DNA of 26,435 bases, from the IMG/VR virus record IMGVR_UViG_3300010376_000118, positions 1 to 26,435 of that record; one strand, written 5' to 3'. The DNA is from a virus. Its lineage: Duplodnaviria > Caudoviricetes. The notes beneath the pieces are model-generated. The model made no database searches, had not been told where the DNA came from, and saw only the letters and a list, made by a program, of their open reading frames with translations. Positions 9,039 to 18,154 of this stretch are shown in pieces. Within the stretch, counting starts at the first letter, position 1; each line of letters starts with the position of its first letter. The position numbers and the translations under genes were made by a program.

Positions 9039-9820
9039 TGGGCTATACGGAGAATCTGGAATCGTTCGTGATGCGCTGTGTCGAGCGCGCGCTGTCGAGT
9101 CGCTACAGCCAGCGTCACGCACAGGTGACGAGTTACGATCCGAAGACCTATCGGGCCAAGGTGCGGTATATGCCAAGCGGCCAGACATCCGGCTGGTTGC
9201 CGATTGAAACCGGGCATATCGGCAACGGCTACGGCATCGCCATTGGCTTGAATGCCGGGGACGGCGAGAAGACCGGCGATCAGGTGATCGTGCGTTTTGC
9301 CGAAAACGACTTCGAGGGCGGCACCATTGTGCAGCGCGTGCATTCCGACGTGGACAAGCCGCCGATGGTCGAGTCCGGCGAGATGGTGATGTGGACGCAA
9401 TGGGGCCAGCAACTGCGCTTCAACAAGAACGGTTCGATCACGCTCAAGACGCCGGTGAAGACCGAGCAGAACCAGCCATCGGGCAACCAGATCGTCGATC
9501 CGCAGTTCACGCCGAGCATGCCGCCGACCACGCAGCAACCGCAGCCGCCGATGTCGAAGCAGCAAAAGCCGGTGACGGTGACGATTGACGATCAGGGCAA
9601 TCACACCATCGACGCCGACAATACCATCACGCAGAACGCCAAAAGCCAGATCAACGACAATGCCGGGCAGTCGTGGACTTCGACTGCGCCGACATTGAAC
9701 ACAATCGGCTCGACGCATCTTGGCTCGACGGGCGGCTCATTGGCGTCAATGACCGGCACGCTCGACACCGCAGGGCACGCCGATATTCCGCCGAAGGCTA
9801 GCAAGGTCTTTGCGACGTGA
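9038..9820 (+). CDS. Baseplate central spike (gpV-like)
   Basis: OB-fold motif AQVTSYDPKTYRAKV..SGWLPI..GDQVIV.F followed by beta-helix-like repeats. Confidence 0.85.
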   Translation: MGYTENLESFVMRCVERALSSRYSQRHAQVTSYDPKTYRAKVRYMPSGQTSGWLPIETGHIGNGYGIAIGLNAGDGEKTGDQVIVRFAENDFEGGTIVQRVHSDVDKPPMVESGEMVMWTQWGQQLRFNKNGSITLKTPVKTEQNQPSGNQIVDPQFTPSMPPTTQQPQPPMSKQQKPVTVTIDDQGNHTIDADNTITQNAKSQINDNAGQSWTSTAPTLNTIGSTHLGSTGGSLASMTGTLDTAGHADIPPKASKVFAT

Positions 9821-10950
9821 GATTTCTGATCGACGGCGTCAACCACAGAATGGCAGTCGGCAACGCAGTGTACCCGATTGATACGTCAGCGCTTGATCCG
9901 ACGATCTATTTTGTGTTCTACGATTCGACCGGGCCGCTCGGCTCGATCCAGCATCTTGACCGGCCCGGCTCGCTGGAAGATTTCACCGACCCGACGCCGT
10001 ATCTGAGTTATCTGAACCAGTGGTATGCGGCTGCCGCCGCCGACACGCCGCCGCTGACGCTGGCGCAGGCGATTGCGCTCAAGCAGTCATTGCTTGGCGT
10101 GATCTATGCGGCCAAGCGGCAGACACTGACGACGCAGGCAGCGCTGGCGCAATGGTCGAACATCGTCGCACCGGGCGGCGGTGGCGGCTCGGGCACCGCG
10201 CCCGGCAACGGTTTCGGCACCACCGGCAATTTCTTTACCCTCGACGCCACCAGTCTGATCGCCAGCGGCTCGGTCGGCTCGACCATCACCACCGACAAGC
10301 CGGTCGCCGCTGGCAGCAAGTGCTATTGGGAAATCAACGTCGTCGATGCAAACAACAAGAGCGGCGATCAAATCGGTGTCTGCCTTCCGGGTTGCGCGCT
10401 CAACAACGATGTGGGCCGCACCAATCAGGGTTGGGGCTACAAGGGCAACGCTCAGAAAGATACCAATAACACGGCGACCGCTTACGGCTCGGCATGGGTG
10501 TCCGGCGACACTATCGGCGTCGCGCTCGACCTGACCAATGGTCAGTTGACGTTCTACCGCAATGGTGTTTCGCAGGGCGTTGCCTTCACGCTGGCGACCG
10601 GCAGCAATGTTTATTATCCGGCTGCGTCAAGCAGCACTGGCGGCGCGACCTACACGCTCAATCTAGGCGGACCGTTCGCGCACGCGCCGCCAGCCGGGTT
10701 CGGCTTCGTCAATCCGGTTGCTTATTCGGCAAGCGACAATGGCGCGATTGACGCGGCGCTCGGCCAGCCGGATCAGATCGGCGGCACGCCGCAGACGCCA
10801 AACGCCACCGAACTTGCCAGCATCCAAGCGCAGATCGTTGCCGCGCGGCAGAACTTGCTGGCCGACTACAACGCCATCACCGCCAATCTGGCGGCGTGCG
10901 CTTCGATTGCGGCAGTGATCGCATTCGACATCACGGCAGGTTGGGCATGA
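9817..10950 (+). CDS. SPRY/B30.2-domain protein in a DUF4376-like scaffold
   Basis: KCYWEINV..IGVC..VG....WGY..GDTIGVALDL..GQLTFYRNGVSQGVAF..YYPAAS..NLG.PF..PPAGF is a full SPRY pattern. The flanks (LAQAIALKQ.. and ..ACASIAAVIAFDITAGW) resemble DUF4376-type helices. GTGA and ATGA overlaps at both ends. Confidence 0.75.
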   Translation: MRFLIDGVNHRMAVGNAVYPIDTSALDPTIYFVFYDSTGPLGSIQHLDRPGSLEDFTDPTPYLSYLNQWYAAAAADTPPLTLAQAIALKQSLLGVIYAAKRQTLTTQAALAQWSNIVAPGGGGGSGTAPGNGFGTTGNFFTLDATSLIASGSVGSTITTDKPVAAGSKCYWEINVVDANNKSGDQIGVCLPGCALNNDVGRTNQGWGYKGNAQKDTNNTATAYGSAWVSGDTIGVALDLTNGQLTFYRNGVSQGVAFTLATGSNVYYPAASSSTGGATYTLNLGGPFAHAPPAGFGFVNPVAYSASDNGAIDAALGQPDQIGGTPQTPNATELASIQAQIVAARQNLLADYNAITANLAACASIAAVIAFDITAGWA

Positions 10951-11315
10951 GTGAAGTCGGACTCGAATGGCGCGACGACTTCAAGATCGCCGCCAATGGC
11001 GATCTGCTGCTGGTCGATGCCGACATCGAAACCCGGCAGCGGCTGGAACGCCGCTTGTTCACGCCGCAGTACGGTTACGTCTGGCATTTTGACTACGGGG
11101 CCGGGCTGCCGCAGCGGGTCGGCTCGCCGTACAACATCAACCAGATCAAAGCGATTGTGTCGTCGCAAATCTATCAGGAAGCCTCGGTCGCGCCCTACCC
11201 GCCCGTGCAGATCGGTATCGATGTCTCGCCGAACCAGCGCGACCTGATCGGCATCAGCATCAAATACTGGGACGCTGTTTCCGGCGTCGCCGTTTCATTC
11301 GTGATCACAGTTTAA
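10947..11315 (+). CDS. Baseplate wedge / sheath initiator (gp25 / gpW / Mu gp46-like)
   Basis: Start at the ATGA overlap (MSEVGLEW). Motif GDLLLVD..QRLERRLFTP..Y.WH.DYGAGL; lies before baseplate J. Confidence 0.8.
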   Translation: MSEVGLEWRDDFKIAANGDLLLVDADIETRQRLERRLFTPQYGYVWHFDYGAGLPQRVGSPYNINQIKAIVSSQIYQEASVAPYPPVQIGIDVSPNQRDLIGISIKYWDAVSGVAVSFVITV

Positions 11316-11318
11316 TTC

Positions 11319-12506
11319 ATGCCAACGCTACCGACGCAATCGTTCTCGCAGATCGTGCAGAACACTGCCGCTGGCATTCAGGGGCGGGCTGGCCAGCTAT
11401 TGAACTTCTCGATTGGCTCGGTGTTCCGCGCTATCGCCGAAGGCTTCGCGGGCGTGTTCCTGTGGTTTCAGGCGCTGGTGCTGCAACTGCTCACCGCGAT
11501 CCGGCTCAACACATCGACCGGCGTCGATGTCGATACGTTTACCGCCGATTTCATGCCGCTGGTGCCCGGCACCAGTTCGCCGCGCCTCGGCGCGCAACCG
11601 GCAACCGGGCAGGTGGTGTTCTCGCGGTTCTCGGTATCGCCGAGCCAGTTGGTGATCCCGGTCGGCGCGACGGTGCAAACCACGGACCAGACGCAGTCCT
11701 ACGCCGTGATCGGCGATCCGACCTACCCGACTTACAACCCGTTCTTTCAGGGCTATTACTTGGCCCCGAATCTGGCGTCGATCATTGTGCCGGTGCAGGC
11801 GGTCGTGCCCGGTTCGGCGGGCAATGTCGCGGCGGGCACGATTACGCAGATGACTTCAACGGTGGTCGGATTCGATCAGGTCAACAATCCTGCCGCGCTG
11901 ACCAATGGGGCCGATTTCGAAAGCGACGCTGCGCTCAAGAAACGGTTTGCCGCCTACATTCTCGGGCTGTCGCGCGGCGATCTGTACGGCGTCGAGGCCG
12001 CCATCGAAGGCACCGGAGTCAATGTCGAATACACGATCACCGAAGACTACAACTTGGATGGTTCATGGCGGCCCGGTTATTTCTTTGTCGTCGCTGACGA
12101 CGGGTCCGGTGCGCCGCCGCCGACGTTTCTGCAAACCGTCGCCGATGCGGTGAACTCGGTGCGTCCGCTTGGCGTGCAGGCGGGCGTGTTCTCGCCGACG
12201 ATTATTTGGGCGTCAGTGTCGATGATCATCACCACTGCGCCGAACTTCGATCATCCGACCGTGTGCGCGCAGGTGGCGGCCACGGTGGCGTTGAACATCA
12301 ACGGGCTTGGTGTCGGCAACAATTTGCCGTGGTCGGCGCTGGCGGCGTGGGCCTATTCGGTCACGGGCGTCACCAGCGTCACATCGGTCTTGCTCAACGG
12401 CAGTTCCGGCGATGCCGCATCGCTGGCGGCAACGCGGCTGACGCAGGACGGCTACACGCAGATTCCCTACGCCACGATCAAGTGCGCTGAAGTGCTGGTG
12501 TCGTAA
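11319..12506 (+). CDS. Baseplate J-like protein
   Basis: Motifs ATGQVVFSR..IPVGATVQT, AVVPGSAGNVAAGTIT, V.NPAALTNGADFESDAALKKR and VRPLGV. Confidence 0.92.
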   Translation: MPTLPTQSFSQIVQNTAAGIQGRAGQLLNFSIGSVFRAIAEGFAGVFLWFQALVLQLLTAIRLNTSTGVDVDTFTADFMPLVPGTSSPRLGAQPATGQVVFSRFSVSPSQLVIPVGATVQTTDQTQSYAVIGDPTYPTYNPFFQGYYLAPNLASIIVPVQAVVPGSAGNVAAGTITQMTSTVVGFDQVNNPAALTNGADFESDAALKKRFAAYILGLSRGDLYGVEAAIEGTGVNVEYTITEDYNLDGSWRPGYFFVVADDGSGAPPPTFLQTVADAVNSVRPLGVQAGVFSPTIIWASVSMIITTAPNFDHPTVCAQVAATVALNINGLGVGNNLPWSALAAWAYSVTGVTSVTSVLLNGSSGDAASLAATRLTQDGYTQIPYATIKCAEVLVS

Positions 12507-13261
12507 TGGCGACCGGCGACTCCAACGACATCCTGACTCGCGTCAAGATGTTGATTCCGCATCGCTGGTTCGCGTGGGTCGCGCCGATCCGCGACGCCAT
12601 CCTCGGCGGCTTAAGCGATTCGATGGCGTGGTGTTATGCGTGGATCATCTACGCCAAGCAGCAGTCGCGGATCGCCACTTCGACCGGGCTGTTCCTCGAT
12701 CTGATCAGCTACGACTTTCTCGGCCGTCATCTGCCGCGCACGCTGGGGATGACCGACGACATCTTCCGCGCCCGGATCATGGCAACGATCCTGCAAGAGC
12801 GCGTCACTCGCGCAGGCATGGTCAACGCCATCCAACTGCTGACAGGCGGCACGCCGTGGATATTCGAGCCGTGGAATACCGGCGACGCTGGCGCTTGGTC
12901 CGGTCCGACAGTGGCGCAGGCGTCGCCCGGATCGTTCGCATGGGCCGATGCCAGCGGTCATAACGGCGCGGGCGGCTGGGGATCGACCGACCTGCCCGAG
13001 CAATCATTCATGGTGGTCAACCGCACCACCTATTCGGGCGTGCCGAACGTCGCTGGTTGGAGCAACACCGGCAATCTGAGCGGCCTTGGCAGTTGGAGCA
13101 ATGCCAGCGGCAGCAACGTCACGCCAACCGGACCGGGCGGTGGCGGCATTGAATGGTTTGGCGCAAACGTCCAGCAAGTCGGCGTCACCGATCAGATGAT
13201 TTACGACGCCATCAACACGACCCGACCGTCCGGCGAGATTTCTTGGACAAGGATTCAATAA
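12506..13261 (+). CDS. Baseplate wedge protein (gpI / Mu gp48-like)
   Basis: Motif RIATSTGLFLDLISYDFLG..LPR..G.TDD.FRARI and C-terminal RPSGEISW. TAATG-coupled to J. Confidence 0.8.
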   Translation: MATGDSNDILTRVKMLIPHRWFAWVAPIRDAILGGLSDSMAWCYAWIIYAKQQSRIATSTGLFLDLISYDFLGRHLPRTLGMTDDIFRARIMATILQERVTRAGMVNAIQLLTGGTPWIFEPWNTGDAGAWSGPTVAQASPGSFAWADASGHNGAGGWGSTDLPEQSFMVVNRTTYSGVPNVAGWSNTGNLSGLGSWSNASGSNVTPTGPGGGGIEWFGANVQQVGVTDQMIYDAINTTRPSGEISWTRIQ

Positions 13262-14878
13262 ATGGACCGCTCGATAGTTTACACGTCGGCGTTGCCACGC
13301 ACCGTTGACTTTCTCAACAGCAACAAGATGGCAATGGCAGGCATCGCTTATGCGATGAAGGGCTGCCTCGGCTACACCGGCATGGTGCCACCGCCGCCTT
13401 ACGTCGAAGGCTTGAAGTGCACGCCGACGACGCCGACAGCGAATTTGCAGATTCACATCGATGTCGGCTCGATCTACGCGGTCGATAACGTCGATGCGGC
13501 GGCGTACGGCGATCTTGGCACCGATAACCACAACTGGCTGAAGCAGGGCATTCTCAACGATCCGGTGACGTTGAACATCACGCCACCGGGCACACCGGGA
13601 TTCAGCCAAGTCTATCTGGTGCAGGCGATCTTAAACGATGTCGATAGCGGCGCAACGGTGCTGCCGTATTTCAATGCGGCGAACCCGGCGCAGCCGTTCA
13701 GCGGCCCGGCCAATGCGGGCACGTCACAGAACACCACACGGCTGGTGCAATGCGTGGTCGCGCTCAAGGCGGGCGTTGCGGCGGCGACCGGATCGCAAGT
13801 CACGCCGACACCGGATTCCGGCTATGTCGCGCTTTACAATGTGACCGTTGCCAACGGTCAGACGCAGATCACGGGCGCGAGTATTGCTACATCGCCGTTC
13901 GCACCGTTCTTTCCGACCCTGCCATCGATCCCGGTGCATATCCAGAATGGCGACTGGATTTCCGCCGACGATACCGGCGCGACCAACGCGATGGTCATCA
14001 CGCCGGTCCCGGCGATCACTGGCCTGATCAAATATCAAAAATTCCGCTTCAAGGTTAAGAACACCAACACCGGTCCGACCACGCTGGCGGTCAGCGGTTT
14101 TTCCGGCGCGGTCTATATCGGCGGTCAAGCGCCGAGCGCATTGCCAGCGAACGCATTGCTGGCGAATACGATCACCGAAGTGATCTGCGACGGTGTCAAC
14201 TTCGAACTGATTTCGCAGCAAGTCACGATTAACAACAACACGTTCTCGTCGGGCGGCCCGACCGCTGGCTTGACCAACGTGCAGGTGTTCACGGCGAGCG
14301 GCACCTACATCCCGACTGCGGGCGCAACCAAGGCGCTGATTTTCTGCACGGCTGGCGGCGGTTCGGGATCGACGGTGTGCGGCGGCGGTGCTGGTGGCGG
14401 CGCGGGCGCTACGGCAATCAACCTGATTTCGCTGTCCGGCGTTGCGTCATTGCCGGTCACGATTGGCTCGGGCGGCACGCCGGTTTCGACGCACAACAGT
14501 GGCAATAACGGCAGCGATTCGTTTGTCGGCACGGCTGGCAATTACAAGGCTTACGCCAACGGCGGGCAGGGCGGCCAGAAGACCAGTGCGACGGTGACAT
14601 CGTCGTATGGCGGCTTGGGCGGCACCGCCTCGACCGGCCTGCTGCTGGTGACGGGCGGTGACGGCAACACCGGCAATGCCAACGGTCAGAACCAGTCCGA
14701 CAGCGGCAACGGCGGCGGCTCGTTTTGGGGCGGCGGCGGTGTCGGCAATACCGGCGTCGGCGGTTTTGCTTCGGCTGCCGGTCGCGCTTACGGCGCGGGC
14801 GGCGGCGGTCAGAACGATGCCGTCAGCGGCAATTCCGGCGCTGGCATGTCCGGCGTCGTCATGATCATGGAGTTCTAA
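13262..14878 (+). CDS. Tail fibre protein with glycine-rich C-terminal domain
   Basis: 538 aa after the wedge genes. Contains a NTNTGPTTLAV segment and the QVFTASGTYIPT..GGGG..GAGGGAG..YGAGGGG..GAG.SGVVMIMEF glycine-rich domain. Confidence 0.8.
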   Translation: MDRSIVYTSALPRTVDFLNSNKMAMAGIAYAMKGCLGYTGMVPPPPYVEGLKCTPTTPTANLQIHIDVGSIYAVDNVDAAAYGDLGTDNHNWLKQGILNDPVTLNITPPGTPGFSQVYLVQAILNDVDSGATVLPYFNAANPAQPFSGPANAGTSQNTTRLVQCVVALKAGVAAATGSQVTPTPDSGYVALYNVTVANGQTQITGASIATSPFAPFFPTLPSIPVHIQNGDWISADDTGATNAMVITPVPAITGLIKYQKFRFKVKNTNTGPTTLAVSGFSGAVYIGGQAPSALPANALLANTITEVICDGVNFELISQQVTINNNTFSSGGPTAGLTNVQVFTASGTYIPTAGATKALIFCTAGGGSGSTVCGGGAGGGAGATAINLISLSGVASLPVTIGSGGTPVSTHNSGNNGSDSFVGTAGNYKAYANGGQGGQKTSATVTSSYGGLGGTASTGLLLVTGGDGNTGNANGQNQSDSGNGGGSFWGGGGVGNTGVGGFASAAGRAYGAGGGGQNDAVSGNSGAGMSGVVMIMEF

Positions 14879-14880
14879 TC

Positions 14881-15450
14881 ATGCCAAGGCTCGCACAAAT
14901 CGTGGATGGCAAGGTCAGAAATCTTGTCGAAGTCCCGCATCATTTCGATCACACCACACACGAAGCATTGGCCGAGCACATTCCCGTTCCAGAGGGTTCT
15001 GACGTTGTCGTTGGTCATCACTTCGACGCCAAGACCGGCAGCTTCAGGTCGGCCGACATCCCGAAGGATGAATTGATCGGGCACGCGGTGCGGCGCTATC
15101 GCGAACAGATATTCGCGCCGCATAAGCTGTCGAACGGCCAGATCGTCAGCGTCGAATGGGATCAGCGGCCAATGCTGGCGCGGCTGGTCGAACGGGCGCG
15201 TCGTGATCCGCAATTCTCGATCCCGTGGCCGATGTACCGCGAGGATCAGCCGCCGCTCACGCTGAGTGCGGCGCAGCTTGTAGAACTGAACGATCTGGTG
15301 ACGGATTGGGAGATTGCGACACTGCGCGCCTACAAAGGCGTCATGGACGACATCGAGCGCGGCAACATCACCACGCATCTGCAAGTTGACAATCCGACAG
15401 CACCGGCTTGGCCCGCTCGTTTCCGTGCCGGGACAGGATCACGCTTTTGA
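14881..15450 (+). CDS. Tail fibre-associated / assembly protein (DUF4376-like C-terminus)
   Basis: ATG two bases after the fibre stop (MPRLAQIVDGKVRNLVEV). C-terminal LTLSAAQLVEL..I..GNITT..QVD.P..W. Confidence 0.6.
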   Translation: MPRLAQIVDGKVRNLVEVPHHFDHTTHEALAEHIPVPEGSDVVVGHHFDAKTGSFRSADIPKDELIGHAVRRYREQIFAPHKLSNGQIVSVEWDQRPMLARLVERARRDPQFSIPWPMYREDQPPLTLSAAQLVELNDLVTDWEIATLRAYKGVMDDIERGNITTHLQVDNPTAPAWPARFRAGTGSRF

Positions 15451-16112
15451 GCAACCTTGGCTCACTGCCGCAGATTCCGGCTGGCACCACGATCAGTCTC
15501 GTGGCGAATGCGTCGTGGCTGGATCAGTTCTACGTGCAGGCACCGGGCTATCCGGCCGCGCCGCTGCCGTTCCTCGCCAACCTGACCGCTGGCAGTCCGA
15601 CTATCGCGCTCAACTCGGTTGCCGGGATCACCAATGGTTGTTTGATCGAAGGCTACGGCATCGTACCGGGATCGCAGGCGATCAATGTCATCGATTCGAC
15701 CACCAACACGGTGACGCTCAGCAATCCCGCATTCGTGACGGCGACCAATGTGCCGATCTTGGTCTACGGTCCGGCGCTCGACCTGACCGGCATCAGCTTC
15801 CAGTCCACCGTGCGTGAAAGCCTGACATCGTTCTCGACTTTGCTGGTGGCGACGACCGCGAACGGCTGGATGCTCAACGGCGGCACCAACGGCACGTTCG
15901 GCTGGAACGTGCCAGCCGGGGCGGCGAACTGGCCGCTCGGGCTGACGCAGGTCGGCGGACTAGGCGCGGTGGTCGATATTCAAGCCAGCGATGCCAGCGG
16001 CGCGATTGTCGATCTGTGCGCGGTTGGCGGACCGCTGCCGCTGACGGTGACGCTCGGTCCGCCCGTGCAACAGCCGCTCGGTTTCCAGATGGTCAGGATC
16101 AATTCGCAATGA
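15447..16112 (+). CDS. Tail adaptor-like protein (BppU N-terminal-like fold with inserted small beta domain)
   Basis: TTG start overlapping the previous TGA. LDLTGISFQSTVR..TTANG..VVDIQ is an adaptor pattern and GYGIVPGS..TVTLSNPA an insert. Confidence 0.5.
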   Translation: MSNLGSLPQIPAGTTISLVANASWLDQFYVQAPGYPAAPLPFLANLTAGSPTIALNSVAGITNGCLIEGYGIVPGSQAINVIDSTTNTVTLSNPAFVTATNVPILVYGPALDLTGISFQSTVRESLTSFSTLLVATTANGWMLNGGTNGTFGWNVPAGAANWPLGLTQVGGLGAVVDIQASDASGAIVDLCAVGGPLPLTVTLGPPVQQPLGFQMVRINSQ

Positions 16113-16681
16113 TCAACTTCCCACAACTGCCCGGCACGATGTTCCCCTGCGGGCCGCCCGGAACGCCGGGCCTGCAAGGCGCGACCGGGCCGCCCGGTGG
16201 TCAAGGCGGCCCCGGCCCGGTCGGGCCGTCGCCGTGGTCGCTGCCGACCGTATGGGCAGCCGGTGTGTCCTACACCGCCAACGCCCCGGCATCGCTGGTG
16301 ATCGCGGGCGGCAATCTCTACGTCTGCATTCTGTCGCATGTCAGTCCCGGCTCGTTCAGTGCATCACCGAACTGGCAGCAGGTGCTGTCGCTGGTGTCGG
16401 TCAATTTTCAGGCCCCGGCTACCGGCTTCAATATCACGATGGCCCCGACCGACACCGACCTGATCCTCGACCCGGCTGGCACGCTGGCGAGCGGTACGGT
16501 GACGCTGTGCCTCAATCCGTTCGACGGGCAACGTGTCAAAATCTACACGTCGCAAACGATCACCAGTTTCACCATCGCTGGCAACGGCAAGACTGTCAAA
16601 GGCGCGCCGACGACATTCGCCGCCGCGTCACCATCATGGGACGGCATCTATCGCGCCACCAACAACACTTGGTATTTCTGA
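16109..16681 (+). CDS. Collagen-like protein with carbohydrate-binding-module-like domain
   Basis: ATGA overlap. Nine Gly-X-Y triplets, then WAAGVSY..LVIAGGNLYVCILSH.S......W (CBM5/12-like). Confidence 0.65.
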   Translation: MINFPQLPGTMFPCGPPGTPGLQGATGPPGGQGGPGPVGPSPWSLPTVWAAGVSYTANAPASLVIAGGNLYVCILSHVSPGSFSASPNWQQVLSLVSVNFQAPATGFNITMAPTDTDLILDPAGTLASGTVTLCLNPFDGQRVKIYTSQTITSFTIAGNGKTVKGAPTTFAAASPSWDGIYRATNNTWYF

Positions 16682-17265
16682 TGGGGAAGGTGGTGCTGCA
16701 ATTCTCGCGTTGCGCACCGCTTACCTTACGCGAACGGTGGCAGCAGAAAGCGTGGGTCGATTTCTCGCTGTGGATTTGCCGCTTGACCCACTCGCCGTTC
16801 TCGCATGTCGATTGTGTACTGGAAGACGGCAACCTGCTCGGCGCTTCTGACAATCCGTATGCGCCAGTGATTCGCGGCAACGCGCGCGGCGTCGCGATCC
16901 GGCCGCCCGAGTATCAGCGCTTCGCGGTGCGCCGCAATGTCACGATCCGCACCAGCGACCGGCGAGCAAACCGATTCTACGATTTTTGCATGGCGCAGCT
17001 TGGCAAGCCGTTCGACAGCGAAGCGCTGAAGCCGAGTGTGTTCCTGTCGCCGCAGTTCCACAACCGCGACTGGCGCACCGACGACAAATGGTTCTGCGCC
17101 GAACTGGCCGGTCGCGCCACCGAAGTTGCGCCGCTGCTGGATTGGACGATCCCCGGCATCAAGAATCGCATCACGCCTGCCGATCTGATTCTGTTGCTGG
17201 CACCGCTCTACGACTACGACCGTGCCAAGCAGCGCTTACCCGGAGTGGAGGCACCAGAAGAATGA
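16681..17265 (+). CDS. Permuted papain-like amidase (YiiX/YebB, peptidase C92-like)
   Basis: His-first, Cys-last order: T.SPFSHVD..AQLGKPFD..DDKWFCAEL..ITPADL. TGATG overlap. Confidence 0.8.
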   Translation: MGKVVLQFSRCAPLTLRERWQQKAWVDFSLWICRLTHSPFSHVDCVLEDGNLLGASDNPYAPVIRGNARGVAIRPPEYQRFAVRRNVTIRTSDRRANRFYDFCMAQLGKPFDSEALKPSVFLSPQFHNRDWRTDDKWFCAELAGRATEVAPLLDWTIPGIKNRITPADLILLLAPLYDYDRAKQRLPGVEAPEE

Positions 17266-17945
17266 CAGTCGCAGATTTTCGACCGTTCTGTGAGCGGATG
17301 ATCGACCGCTACGAAGGCGGTTACGGATGGGACGCAGGCGATAGCGGCGGCCCGACCAAATACGGCATCACCTGTTACGATCTGGCCGAGCATCGGCACC
17401 AGAAAATGGATTCGATGTCGCGCTGGGCACCGATTGTCCGGGCGATGTCGTTGCAGGAAGCCGACGACATCTACGCGCAGAAATACGCGGTGCAATGCGC
17501 CTTCAATGCCATGAATGCCGGGCCGGACTGCGTGGTGTTCGATTTCGGCGTCAACTCAGGATCATCGCGCTCGGTGCGTTACGCGCAGCAGGTCGTCGGC
17601 GTTCACGTCGATGGCGAGATGGGGCCGGTGACGCTTGAAGCGATCAACAATCACGATCCGGCCGACTTCGTCAAAGCGCTGTGCAATGCGCGGCTGCGCT
17701 TCCTGCGCGGCTTGGGTATCTGGTCGCGGTTCGGCAAGGGCTGGGCGGCGCGGGTTGCCGATCTGCGCGTCTATTCGCTGAAGCTGATCCCGCCGCCGCC
17801 CGGCACGCTGGCTAAGCCGCTCAAGCCCGAGAAACCGACCAAGACCGGGCACTCGAAGGAACTGCGCATCCCGCGCGCCTTCGCCAAGGGCTACCATCCC
17901 GACGACCTGAAAGACCTTACAGCGTTTCACCAACCTTCAGCCTGA
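17262..17945 (+). CDS. Endolysin, glycoside hydrolase family 108 with PG_binding_3 domain
   Basis: YEGGY...DSGGPTKYGIT, VFDFGVNSG, VDGEMGPVTL and FGKGWAARV. ATGA overlap with GGAGG upstream. Confidence 0.9.
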   Translation: MTVADFRPFCERMIDRYEGGYGWDAGDSGGPTKYGITCYDLAEHRHQKMDSMSRWAPIVRAMSLQEADDIYAQKYAVQCAFNAMNAGPDCVVFDFGVNSGSSRSVRYAQQVVGVHVDGEMGPVTLEAINNHDPADFVKALCNARLRFLRGLGIWSRFGKGWAARVADLRVYSLKLIPPPPGTLAKPLKPEKPTKTGHSKELRIPRAFAKGYHPDDLKDLTAFHQPSA

Positions 17946-17955
17946 TCCCCCGGAC

Positions 17956-18134
17956 GCTCGGCGGCATGATCGTGCCCACCCGGACCGTGCCGTAAGTGTC
18001 GGCCGCGAAATCTCCCTGCGCGCCGGACATGCACCAAATCAGGACGGCAAGACGCCGCCGAGCACCATTTTGGAATAGCCCATCCCTGCCACTCTTGTCT
18101 TTGGACGACGGTAGAGACGACGGGCCAGTGGCGG
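17956..18134 (+). other. Structured intergenic region (candidate ncRNA or cis-regulatory RNA)
   Basis: Perfect 10-bp inverted repeat GCTCGGCGGC (17956-17965) / GCCGCCGAGC (18054-18063) enclosing nested stems. A second G-U-rich hairpin lies at 18086-18134. Confidence 0.4.
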
Positions 18135-18154
18135 TTTGTAACGAGGCTACCATC

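Noticed and set aside
1-14878. Extracellular contractile injection system, tailocin or T6SS interpretation
   Set aside because: It is linked to lysis genes and to phage recombination genes (RecE/RecT, HNH, DnaA-C), with no Afp15-like ATPase or T6SS membrane complex in view. Ordinary phage tail is the simpler reading, although head genes are outside the window.
13262-16681. Diversity-generating retroelement or invertible tail-fibre cassette
   Set aside because: No reverse transcriptase, invertase, TR/VR pair or flanking inverted repeats were seen.
17942-18070. Hammerhead ribozyme or tRNA in the post-endolysin spacer
   Set aside because: CTGATCC does not match the CUGANGA core, and there is no T-loop GTTC motif or cloverleaf.
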